Source: a virus
Taxonomy: Duplodnaviria > Caudoviricetes
IMG/VR virus record: IMGVR_UViG_3300042507_004106
Reading direction: 5' to 3' (one strand)
Length of the DNA stretch: 64,000 nt
This document shows, in pieces, positions 1 to 8,253 of the stretch. The notes beneath the pieces were generated by a model. The model saw nothing but the letters and a program-made list of their open reading frames with translations, did not search any database and was not told where the DNA came from. Numbering within the stretch: the first letter of the stretch is position 1; the number at the start of each line of letters is the position of its first letter. The position numbers were made by a program, and so were the translations under genes.

Positions 1-724
1 TTCGTGCATCATTCTCAAAAGTAATATCAGTTCCAGCAAATCCAATGACTTTAAAACCAGATGCATTATTGACTTGACTTGCACCAATGGTTCCCTGGAA
101 CGCTACATTTCCAGTTCCATCATAAACATAAAATGAGTTTGTTCCGTTTGCAGATTGATAATATCCACTACTTGGTCTGAAAGAAGATCCAGTTACAATA
201 CCAGAAGAATTTACACTTTGCGCCGTTAAGTTTGTAACAGATGCAACACCAAGAGTACTTACACCAGTAACTTGCAGTTGAGAAGAAGAAACACTAGTAG
301 ATGATATTCTTTCAATAGTAGCAGCAGTTCCAACAAGAGTAGTGATCGATGCAACGCCAGTTACGTTAGCATTACGGGCAGTAAATTCATCAAATACTAA
401 ATCATCGGCAACATATAAATCTCCACCAACATAAAGATCTCCACCAGTTGTTGTAATACCACCATTAGCGGCAAGAGTGGTTATTCCAGAAACATAAAGT
501 TGTGTGAAAGATCCACCGGTACCAACTAAATCATTTCCAACATAAAAATTGGAAGATGTTACAACGCCAGTAAAATATCCATCACCAACAACATAAAGTT
601 TAGAAGTTGCATTTGTTGTTGCAATACCAACATTTCCGATAACTTCAAGTGAAGTTAAATTCTCACTATAAGATGAAATACCAACTTTTAAATTTTTCTG
701 TCTGCCGCTAGTATATTTTGCCAT
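1..724 (-). CDS. tail fibre/virion structural protein, runs off left edge
   Basis: Not in ORF track. Manual translation from ATG at 724 (MAKYTSGRQKNLKVGISSY...) is open to base 1, Gly/Thr/Val-rich, and directly follows the 726..1067 stop. Confidence 0.7.
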   Translation of the reverse strand, partial: MAKYTSGRQKNLKVGISSYSENLTSLEVIGNVGIATTNATSKLYVVGDGYFTGVVTSSNFYVGNDLVGTGGSFTQLYVSGITTLAANGGITTTGGDLYVGGDLYVADDLVFDEFTARNANVTGVASITTLVGTAATIERISSTSVSSSQLQVTGVSTLGVASVTNLTAQSVNSSGIVTGSSFRPSSGYYQSANGTNSFYVYDGTGNVAFQGTIGASQVNNASGFKVIGFAGTDITFENDAR

Positions 725-725
725 G

Positions 726-1067
726 TTAGTTGAGTGTCTCCAGAATGCTTCCTAAAAATTTAATATCACTATTACTACTTGCAGATAATACAAGAACATC
801 ACCAGATTCAAGAACTAATTTTCCCGCCAAAAGATTTGCAGTATCACTCGAAGAAACTGGAAAGTCTTTTAAAATTTCAGTTGTAACTGCGATCCCAGCA
901 GTTGTTCTTTGATGAGAAAAAGAAACGGTTTGAGTATTGTTTCCAACATTCGCCGCCTGTGCTAAAAGCACTACACCAGTATAACCAACTGGTGCAGTAT
1001 AAATTCCAACCGCTTGAGTGCTTGCAATTTTAGTAACAGTCTTAAAGACATTAAGTGCTAATGCCAT
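726..1067 (-). CDS. small beta-rich structural/hypothetical protein
   Basis: 113 aa, tightly packed between two structural-type genes. Confidence 0.65.
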   Translation of the reverse strand: MALALNVFKTVTKIASTQAVGIYTAPVGYTGVVLLAQAANVGNNTQTVSFSHQRTTAGIAVTTEILKDFPVSSSDTANLLAGKLVLESGDVLVLSASSNSDIKFLGSILETLN

Positions 1068-1070
1068 TTT

Positions 1071-3218
1071 TTAATCTCCTCCCAGTGCTAGAATAAATGG
1101 AGTCATTGTTGAAAACAAACTCTTAGAATAGAATGTGCCAGAAATACTCCCTTCAATTTGATTAATAATTACACCCTCACCTATTCTAAAATTGCCCGAT
1201 TGATCTGTACTCGTGTAAACAACAAGACCACCATTTCTCATATCAATTTCATTATCTTGAATTGGAACTCCACCTTGAGTAGGAAGAGCGGTATTAATAT
1301 TTGTTCCAGATCCAATGTATTCAAAAGAATGTCCAGATGCTAATACTCTACTTTGTTTAAAGAATGGAACTGTAGATCCAACACCAACTACATATGGAAC
1401 ATTATCATTAACTGTAATTGTACAAATTCCGGAAGAAACTGGAGTAGAACTCGAAATTGAATAGTAAGTAGGAATAGTCCTAAGTGTTGCTATAGCAGTA
1501 TTTATCCCAACATCAGGACTCGAAATTGTAATCGTTGGTGTTGTTGTGTATCCTCTACCACTGGAAATAACTTCAATTGAGGTTATAGACCCATTTTTAA
1601 CTTCAGCAACTGCTGTTGCTTGAATACCCCAATCAGTTGATGGTGCAGAAATCGTAACCGTTGGTGTATTGTTGTATCCTGTCCCACCAGATCCAACAAT
1701 AATCTTATTGACTGTATAATATAAGTTATCAAAATAAACGACTTGACCATCAAAAGGTCTTACAACATTTATCTTTGCAGATCCACCAGCAATATAATCG
1801 TGAGCAAGTGTTGAAGTCCCAGTATAAACTGTAAAGGAAGTAGGACTAATAACTGACTGAACTTCAAATACGTTTCCATAATTTCCACTCGGGAATACAT
1901 ATCCCATAAATGTTGCAGTACCACCAGAAACATAAGTATGTGGTAGAGTTGATGTTCCTACATTTACAGTGAATTGATTCGATGCGGGAATACTTTCAAC
2001 TTCAAAAACATATCCTTCCTTACCGCTAGGATAAGTTAAAGTTCCTGGACCGGATGGGCAAGTAAATCCGAGTCCAGCAAGACTTACACCCATACCAACA
2101 CTAAATCTATGATTTGAAACTACAGTAGTAATTGTAGCAATTCCACTTACATTATCATAGACAGCGTTACTAATTGCTCTTACAGGTATATCTGGTGGAT
2201 CTCCCGTTGATGGGCAAAGAAATGCTAAATTCTTAATCGTCACTCCCATCCCAACATCAAAACCATGGGGTGCTGATGTTGTAATTGTCGTTAAACCAGT
2301 TGTATTAGAATAAGATGCTGTTGAAATTGATACGGGTTGAACGGAAAGATCCAAAACAAATGTATCACTATTTGCTTCTGCAGTTTGTGTTACAATACCA
2401 GTATACTTTCTTGGTCCAATACCATCAGAAACAAGACCATAATTACCAAATGATGCGTTTGAGTTTGTAAGATCACAAGCGCCACCAGTTCCACAAAAAA
2501 CTGCAGTGTCTGGACAAATTGTAAAGAGTGAAACTAACTGAGCATATCCCTCATTCGTAATTGAAACTCCAATACCACCTTGATTATATTGGGTATAAGA
2601 GTCAAGAACCATTGACTTAGTTGGTCCGATTGAATAACGACCATCGATTTTCATTCCAATACTATCTGGAATAAAATTAGTGCAATTTTGAATATAAGGT
2701 GATTGATTATTAAAGACTGGTTTGTTAGGATTGAATGCAAAAATGGCACCTGTATTTGCAGATCCTACAAATGCCATTTCTGCAATATAGTTTCCATTCC
2801 CAACATAAAAAAGGTCTCCTTGATTTTGTGGAGTAACTGAGACTTCTCTTAAACTATCACCAACAATACTGACTTGATCTGGTAGTGCGATTGGATTGTT
2901 CTCTACATAAGATCCAGCACTAACTCTAATAACGGAACCTGCTGTTGAGATTGCAACTGCTCCTGCGATGGTTCCTTTTGCGTCTCCGAGTTTAAGTCCT
3001 GTGTTTGTGTCGCTTCCGTCTTTTGTGACATAGATAACATTTGTAACTGTTGCACCTGCACCGATACGAACAATATCTGTTCCAATTCCAGGACGCTCTC
3101 TTTTAGCAGTTAACTCACCATCATACGTGTTGTAAGCTAATTCTGCACTTAATAATTGGTCTGCAGTTGGTCTTTTACCAGGAACAGCAGATCGTTTAAT
3201 CCTGATCGGAGTGGACAT
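1071..3218 (-). CDS. large virion structural protein (tail fibre/baseplate-like)
   Basis: 715 aa, S/T/G/V-rich, beta-helix-like N half, internally duplicated beta domain. Confidence 0.7.
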   Translation of the reverse strand: MSTPIRIKRSAVPGKRPTADQLLSAELAYNTYDGELTAKRERPGIGTDIVRIGAGATVTNVIYVTKDGSDTNTGLKLGDAKGTIAGAVAISTAGSVIRVSAGSYVENNPIALPDQVSIVGDSLREVSVTPQNQGDLFYVGNGNYIAEMAFVGSANTGAIFAFNPNKPVFNNQSPYIQNCTNFIPDSIGMKIDGRYSIGPTKSMVLDSYTQYNQGGIGVSITNEGYAQLVSLFTICPDTAVFCGTGGACDLTNSNASFGNYGLVSDGIGPRKYTGIVTQTAEANSDTFVLDLSVQPVSISTASYSNTTGLTTITTSAPHGFDVGMGVTIKNLAFLCPSTGDPPDIPVRAISNAVYDNVSGIATITTVVSNHRFSVGMGVSLAGLGFTCPSGPGTLTYPSGKEGYVFEVESIPASNQFTVNVGTSTLPHTYVSGGTATFMGYVFPSGNYGNVFEVQSVISPTSFTVYTGTSTLAHDYIAGGSAKINVVRPFDGQVVYFDNLYYTVNKIIVGSGGTGYNNTPTVTISAPSTDWGIQATAVAEVKNGSITSIEVISSGRGYTTTPTITISSPDVGINTAIATLRTIPTYYSISSSTPVSSGICTITVNDNVPYVVGVGSTVPFFKQSRVLASGHSFEYIGSGTNINTALPTQGGVPIQDNEIDMRNGGLVVYTSTDQSGNFRIGEGVIINQIEGSISGTFYSKSLFSTMTPFILALGGD

Positions 3219-3274
3219 TTATCGCATTCGGTATTTACCAGAAAAAGCAGTATCTACCACTTTCATTTATTTAT

Positions 3275-3646
3275 TCAAGTACAATTATTCCTTCTTGGAC
3301 GATAAGAGAATAAGTTAGTTGGTGGTTCTGGTTTCATCCATTCTTCAATCTTATCAAATCTTTCTTCACTATAAAAATCTTGCTGAACATACCACAGTTT
3401 CCAGTGCTCATGCCCCTTAGACTGATTACAATCATGACAGCAGCATACTACGTTTTTTGTAACGTCTGCACCACCTTTTGACTGAGGAAGAATGTGATCA
3501 ATTGTGAGTCTCTCCTCCGACCCACAATAAGCACATTGATGATTCCATTGTTCTTTTATATGTTGCCTCCACAATCGTTTCGCCTCCCCAGAACTTGTTG
3601 CTTGTAACTGAAACAAGTATTCTTTTGGAGAGTGTAGAGGTCCCAT
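3275..3646 (-). CDS. HNH endonuclease
   Basis: CAYCG...LTIDHILPQSKGG...NVVCCCHDCNQSKG. Confidence 0.9.
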   Translation of the reverse strand: MGPLHSPKEYLFQLQATSSGEAKRLWRQHIKEQWNHQCAYCGSEERLTIDHILPQSKGGADVTKNVVCCCHDCNQSKGHEHWKLWYVQQDFYSEERFDKIEEWMKPEPPTNLFSYRPRRNNCT

Positions 3647-3649
3647 AAG

Positions 3650-3847
3650 TTACTGCGACTTAGGATTATTTATCTTCTTACAAGCACTTCTTGCCCAAGC
3701 ACGACTTAAACTATTCACATAAGAACAAGCCTTACCTTTCTGACCACAATGGGGGCACACTACATCAGGGGGATCTTTGATGTATCCTTCTGGCGTGTAC
3801 ACTTTTTTCTTCAGATTTTCTGCTTGTTTATGTTTACGGTGATTCAT
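3650..3847 (-). CDS. hypothetical protein with CxxC/CxxC motifs
   Basis: 65 aa, CPHCG and ACS/SAC, operon packing. Confidence 0.55.
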   Translation of the reverse strand: MNHRKHKQAENLKKKVYTPEGYIKDPPDVVCPHCGQKGKACSYVNSLSRAWARSACKKINNPKSQ

Positions 3848-4116
3848 ACAATTACCGGTTGCCCTTGACCCTCATTGAGACGAATTACTTCTGGATTAAT
3901 TTGATTTACTTTTCCAGCAGGTAATCCAATCTGACCAGGAAGTTGCTTATCAGTTGTTGAAGTAATATCAATCACTTGATCCATAATAAAACGATGCCTA
4001 CTGTAAGATCGGTTATGGGGGTCAAATCCTACCATCATAATCGCATCGTTAATATCACCACAGTGTGCGATGACTCTTCCAGTTTTATTTTCGGTTACAA
4101 TCCAGTATTCGTTCAT
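3844..4116 (-). CDS. hypothetical protein
   Basis: 90 aa, 4-nt overlap with the downstream gene. Confidence 0.6.
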   Translation of the reverse strand: MNEYWIVTENKTGRVIAHCGDINDAIMMVGFDPHNRSYSRHRFIMDQVIDITSTTDKQLPGQIGLPAGKVNQINPEVIRLNEGQGQPVIV

Positions 4117-4225
4117 TATCTAAAGTCTTTTGATTATTATAAGATACTTGTGGTTTTCTGTAAAGGTTTGGAAAGGTATCCCTGATAATTTCTGCGAGTT
4201 TATGTGGAGTTTCAGAACTAATCAT
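4085..4225 (-). CDS. small hypothetical protein, 46 aa (MISSETPHKLAEIIRDTFPNLY...)
   Basis: Manual translation; start overlaps the stop of 4222..4935. Confidence 0.55.
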   Translation of the reverse strand: MISSETPHKLAEIIRDTFPNLYRKPQVSYNNQKTLDNERILDCNRK

Positions 4226-4935
4226 TTATATTTTTCAAGTGAGTAAATTCCATTTTTTTCCACAATCGCAGAGCAAGTATCCACAAAGTCTCCACAACAC
4301 ATATAAGTGATTTTACCAAAGTTGCGAATATTTGCAGAATGTATATGCCCACAAATCACACCAGAATACTTCTTATCTCTTTGAGCACAGTAAGAAGCAA
4401 TATCAGTCTCATATTGATTGATATAATTTTTTCCTCTTACACTATTCTTCAAGGCATAGACTAATGAGAATTTGAAAACTCTTTCCAACCACAAACTCAA
4501 TGGTGTGATAATTTCATAACCCTTGTTGAATACTAATTGTTTCCAAGACCCAGAAGAATATTCGGAATACTTATCTCCATGAACACAGAGAAACTTATTT
4601 CCATTTGTGTCTTCGTGAATATACTCATCAACCATTCGAAAGTTCTTATGTTTGAAATCACAATACCGACGAATCTGTCCTTCGTGATTTCCAAGAATGT
4701 AAACAACTTCTGTGCCTTTCTTAGCGAGATTTAGAAGTTGATGGACACACTCCGTATGTTCTTTTGTCCAACGAGTATTATATTTTTCCATACAGTAGAT
4801 GTCTATAATATCACCTACCATTACTAACTTTTTAGTTTTTAGATTTTTGATGAAATTATAGAATCTTTCTGTATCACATCGTGGTGTTCCTAGATGAACA
4901 TCAGAAATAAAAACTGTATCGTAAGTCATAATCAA
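4222..4935 (-). CDS. calcineurin-like metallophosphoesterase (LpxH/UDP-2,3-diacylglucosamine hydrolase-like)
   Basis: SDVHLG, GDIID, LGNHE, HGD, GHIH motifs. Confidence 0.85.
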   Translation of the reverse strand: MIMTYDTVFISDVHLGTPRCDTERFYNFIKNLKTKKLVMVGDIIDIYCMEKYNTRWTKEHTECVHQLLNLAKKGTEVVYILGNHEGQIRRYCDFKHKNFRMVDEYIHEDTNGNKFLCVHGDKYSEYSSGSWKQLVFNKGYEIITPLSLWLERVFKFSLVYALKNSVRGKNYINQYETDIASYCAQRDKKYSGVICGHIHSANIRNFGKITYMCCGDFVDTCSAIVEKNGIYSLEKYK

Positions 4936-5093
4936 TATCTTGATGGCGTATACTCAAGATCTCCAAGAATGTCTTCTAACATTTCTCCATATTCTTTAAA
5001 TCTTTTGTCACCAGCAATAAAACATCTTTGACGCATCCATACAGCATCGGCAAGAAGTTTTACTTGGTCTTCTGTAAGTGTTATGGTTTTCAT
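4932..5093 (-). CDS. small hypothetical protein, 53 aa (MKTITLTEDQVKLLADAVWMRQR...)
   Basis: Manual translation; stop overlaps the next start. Confidence 0.55.
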   Translation of the reverse strand: MKTITLTEDQVKLLADAVWMRQRCFIAGDKRFKEYGEMLEDILGDLEYTPSRY

Positions 5094-5220
5094 TAGTAAG
5101 AAGTAACTGTTGTATGTATTATAGCAAAGACATTATGAAAAGGAACACTCCGAATGCTATGAATGCTGCGAGGATTGTTAACATAAAAAAGGAGTCCTTT
5201 TAGAACTCCTCTATTTATTT

Positions 5221-5355
5221 TTAACTTTGTCCTCGTGAATAGACAGGTTGTAAAATACCCCCATCTTGATCATCGTCATTATCGTGATCCTCATTGAGAA
5301 TCACAATCAGAGCAAATACAAAGAGAACCAAGTATAGAATATACTGTATGGTCAT
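5221..5355 (-). CDS. small membrane protein with acidic tail, 44 aa
   Basis: MTIQYILYLVLFVFALIVILNEDHDNDDDQDGGILQPVYSRGQS; ATGA overlap with the upstream stop. Confidence 0.6.
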   Translation of the reverse strand: MTIQYILYLVLFVFALIVILNEDHDNDDDQDGGILQPVYSRGQS

Positions 5356-5936
5356 AATGGGTTTCCTTTTTGTGAATAAGATTTAAGATTTTCTACTAGT
5401 ATTTGAAGTTCTTGTAGGGAAGCGTCTGATTTAATCCAGTTTGCTCTTGAAGATATAACCCAAATATTGTCTGGGGTATATCCTTTTCCTGGTTCTTTTT
5501 GGTCTAAACTTGGATTTCTTGGATCTCTTTTATTATTAGTTGATACAAGAGGTATTCCCAATAGAGGACAGGTTTCTGGAATAATAATATCATCTATAGT
5601 TATATTGAAAGGAATACCCTTTCTCTTTGCTCTGTGTTGAGCATTATGAAACATATTGTATCTTCTGTCATCCTCTTTTTTTGAACCAGGTGGTTTTATT
5701 TTAGTTTTATTGAAAGCAATAGTAGTTTCTCTTCTAACGCAACCACAACTTGTAGTAGACCCAGATACAAGTCCGTATCTTTCACACACTTTATTACCCC
5801 CACACTCACATTCACAAGTTGCATATACTCTACTTTTACCACTTTTAAAAATAACTTCTTCTTTTAAGACAGTAAGTTTACCAAACTTCTGTCCAACTAA
5901 AGCACCGCAAGGTTTTGATTTACTATTTAATCCCAT
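5352..5936 (-). CDS. putative free-standing homing endonuclease (His-Me finger/HNH-like)
   Basis: N-terminal GQKFGKLTV..CECECG..SCGC; C-terminal CPLLG..PSLDQKEPGKGYTPDNIWVISSRAN; lies just downstream of psbD. Confidence 0.75.
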   Translation of the reverse strand: MGLNSKSKPCGALVGQKFGKLTVLKEEVIFKSGKSRVYATCECECGGNKVCERYGLVSGSTTSCGCVRRETTIAFNKTKIKPPGSKKEDDRRYNMFHNAQHRAKRKGIPFNITIDDIIIPETCPLLGIPLVSTNNKRDPRNPSLDQKEPGKGYTPDNIWVISSRANWIKSDASLQELQILVENLKSYSQKGNPL

Positions 5937-5961
5937 TACCCCAAGTTTGAATATCTATTAT

Positions 5962-5969
5962 TATTTATA
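5962..5969 (-). promoter_or_regulatory. T4-type late promoter TATAAATA
   Basis: Exact consensus ~25 nt upstream of the endonuclease ATG. Exact copies also at 7573-7580, 30223-30230, 39572-39579, 40354-40361, 46802-46809, 58218-58225. Confidence 0.75.
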
Positions 5970-5995
5970 TCATATCATATTTTGGGTCCTATGTA

Positions 5996-6024
5996 AATAA
6001 AAAGACCCCAAATATGAGGTCTTT
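5996..6024 (-). terminator. psbD rho-independent terminator
   Basis: AAAGACCTCA-TATT-TGGGGTCTTT plus U tract right after the psbD stop. Confidence 0.75.
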
Positions 6025-6028
6025 ACAA

Positions 6029-7093
6029 TCAAAGAGCATTTCCGCGAGGCAATACCTCTTCTGGAAAGACAAACGACTCGTGTGGTTGATCAACTGTAGC
6101 CATCCAAGCACGAATACCGTCATTTAATAACACATTCTTCGTTGTGAATGTTTCATATTCAGGGTCTTCAGCAGCACGGATTTCTTGAGATACAAACTCA
6201 TATGCTCTCAAGTTCAATCCCAAACCAATAATACCGATTGAACTCACCCAGAGACCCATAACAGGAACAAACAACATGAAAAAATGAAGCCAACGCTTGT
6301 TACTAAAAGCAATGCCAAATATCTGTGACCAGAAGCGGTTTGCAGTAACCATTGAATAGGTCTCTTCCTCCTGGGTTGGTTCAAATGCCTTGAATGTATT
6401 TGATTGGTCACTATCTTCGAAGAGGGTGTTTTCAACTGTTGCTCCATGAATCGCACAGAGTAATGCTCCACCCAGTATACCAGCAACTCCCATCATATGG
6501 AAGGGGTTGAGGGTCCAGTTGTGGAAACCTTGAAGAAACAGAAGGAACCTGAAGATTGCTGCGACACCAAATGAAGGTGCGAAGAACCAACTGGATTGCC
6601 CCAGTGGATACATCAGGAATACAGAAACGAATACTGCGATAGGACCAGAGAATGCGATTGCGTTATAAGGACGAATACCTACAAGACGGGCAATCTCAAA
6701 CTGACGAAGCATAAATCCGATTAAGCTGAAAGCCCCGTGGAGCGCCACAAAAGTCCAGAGTCCCCCAAGTTGGAACCACCTGACGATATCCCCTTGAGCC
6801 TCAGGACCCCAGAGCAGAAGAAGAGAATGACCCATAGCGTCTGCTGGAGTACTAACTGCCGCAGTAAGAAAGTTTGCACCCTCAAGATAGGAACTTGCCA
6901 ACCCGTGAGTATACCAACTCGTAACGAAAGTCGTCCCAGTAAGCCAACCACCAAGAGCAAGGTAAGCAGTTGGGAATAGTAGTAATCCACTCCATCCAAC
7001 AAACACAAATCTGTCCCTTTTCAACCAATCATCTAATAAATCAAACCAACCTTTTTGTTGAATAGGTTTTGTAAGCGTAGATGATACCATCAA
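6029..7093 (-). CDS. psbD: photosystem II D2 protein
   Basis: [14 protein letters not shown]...[10 protein letters not shown], uninterrupted. Confidence 0.98.
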   Translation of the reverse strand: MMVSSTLTKPIQQKGWFDLLDDWLKRDRFVFVGWSGLLLFPTAYLALGGWLTGTTFVTSWYTHGLASSYLEGANFLTAAVSTPADAMGHSLLLLWGPEAQGDIVRWFQLGGLWTFVALHGAFSLIGFMLRQFEIARLVGIRPYNAIAFSGPIAVFVSVFLMYPLGQSSWFFAPSFGVAAIFRFLLFLQGFHNWTLNPFHMMGVAGILGGALLCAIHGATVENTLFEDSDQSNTFKAFEPTQEEETYSMVTANRFWSQIFGIAFSNKRWLHFFMLFVPVMGLWVSSIGIIGLGLNLRAYEFVSQEIRAAEDPEYETFTTKNVLLNDGIRAWMATVDQPHESFVFPEEVLPRGNAL

Positions 7094-7118
7094 TCCTCCT
7101 TAACGATTTGTAATATTT

Positions 7119-7147
7119 ATTATAAGGCTCCATAATAAAGAAGTCAA
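7119..7147 (-). promoter_or_regulatory. sigma70-type promoter of psbD
   Basis: TTGACT-N17-TATAAT. Confidence 0.8.
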
Positions 7148-7243
7148 TAGAGATTTTTACTTATTATATCTCGGGTCAATTGGTTTGTCTGGGTCCATTC
7201 CTTTTGATATTCTATAAAGAGACCTTCACAGGTCTCTCAAAAA

Positions 7244-7552
7244 CTATTTCTTTTCACCCCTATCTCTATTTTCAAGTTCTCTAAATCTACTATCAACAGG
7301 GTCGTGAGTTCTCATTTTAGTTTTCATTTTCTTTATCTGTGGTGATATTTTTTCAATTTTTCTTTTTACCATATTTTTCAATCTTTCACCACTCTCTCCT
7401 TTATGAGAAGGTTGATTTTCTCTCCTAAAATCCATAGCATCTTGTGCTGCTCTGGATTTCTTTTTTATCTTCCTCAACATCTTTTCTCTTGGAAGTGGTT
7501 GGAGACCTTCAACCAACTCACACTCTAGTACAAACTCTCTAAAAGTTTTCAT
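7244..7552 (-). CDS. basic hypothetical protein (MKTFREF-type N-terminus)
   Basis: 102 aa, late promoter at 7573-7580. Confidence 0.65.
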   Translation of the reverse strand: MKTFREFVLECELVEGLQPLPREKMLRKIKKKSRAAQDAMDFRRENQPSHKGESGERLKNMVKRKIEKISPQIKKMKTKMRTHDPVDSRFRELENRDRGEKK

Positions 7553-7645
7553 TTGTATTGATACTTTTTATGTATTTATACTTTTACCTATCGTCAGTTT
7601 GTTCTCTGTATCTCTGTAAATCTCTAAACAATCCATTCACATTAT

Positions 7646-7674
7646 AAAAAAAGGAAACTCGTGAGAGTTTCCTT
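7646..7674 (-). terminator. psbA terminator
   Basis: AAGGAAACTC-TCAC-GAGTTTCCTT plus U tract. Confidence 0.75.
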
Positions 7675-7702
7675 AACATTATACCATTATTTGGTTTTTA
7701 TA

Positions 7703-7774
7703 TCAACCGATTGACGGTGCCGTTAAAGCAACTTCTTGAGTAGAAGCAGCAGCAAGGTCAAGTGGGAAGTTGTG
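7703..7774 (-). CDS. psbA: psbA exon 3
   Basis: 72 nt translating to HNFPLDLAAASTQEVALTAPSIG*, the D1 C-terminus. Confidence 0.95.
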   Translation of the reverse strand, partial: HNFPLDLAAASTQEVALTAPSIG

Positions 7775-7983
7775 CTTCCATTTTGGACTATATCTTCACC
7801 ATACTCTTTATGAGGTTAGGTGTCGGACGCTAATGGTGTATTACATAGGGCGCTCCCTAAACCACCTAGTCTCTGAACCTTCCCTAGAAGCGTCTAGGGC
7901 TTGGATGCTGATTGCCCGTTAGGGTTTCCAGCAGTTCATCCGAAGTTTACCTTGTCTTTTCAGGCAAGGGCGCCCACAAATCG
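7775..7983 (-). mobile_element. group I intron 2 of psbA (209 nt, no ORF)
   Basis: Exon ends in U, intron ends in G. P AACUGCUGGAA, Q AAUCAGCAUCC, R GUUCAGAGACUAG, S AAGAUAUAGUCC; P3 UCGGAUG/CGUCCGA; P1 CGCU/GGCG with U.G; P10 UUGUG/CACAA. Confidence 0.93.
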
Positions 7984-7999
7984 AGCGTTGCGTTCATGC
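7984..7999 (-). CDS. psbA: psbA exon 2 (16-nt micro-exon)
   Basis: G CAT GAA CGC AAC GCT supplies exactly the missing (M)HERNA and restores frame. Confidence 0.92.
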
Positions 8000-8253
8000 C
8001 GTTTTTGTTACCGTAAGAACTCTTTATTTCTTACTTCTTACTGTCGCCAGTAAGACCAGACTATCTCTTCATCCGTTCTGGATGCTGGGCATTCGTGGGT
8101 AGATTATTGTTGGAACTCACTACCTAGTCGTTAGACCTGCCGAAGAACCTATGTCCTCTTCGGATTGGTACGGGATTGTCTACTTGAGAGTTTCCCCGTT
8201 TAACCCAGTTTCGTCAAGGAATATTCCTATTCCAGGGTGACTACATTTAAGAA
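8000..8253 (-). mobile_element. group I intron 1 of psbA (254 nt, no ORF)
   Basis: P1 GUGAU/GUCAC with U.G; P10 AUGU/GCAU; P UAAACGGGGAA, Q AAUCCCGUACC, R GGUCUAACGACUAG, S AAGAGAUAGUCU; P3 CUGGGU/GCCCAG; P9 CUUACUG-GCGA-CAGUAAG; terminal G. Confidence 0.92.

Noticed and set aside
7581-7645. Remnant of a homing endonuclease between psbA and psbD
   Set aside because: Only a short AG-rich stretch with no recognisable motif
7703-8253. Single ~480-nt intron model
   Set aside because: Direct exon 1 to exon 3 joining drops HERNA and frameshifts; two complete catalytic cores are present
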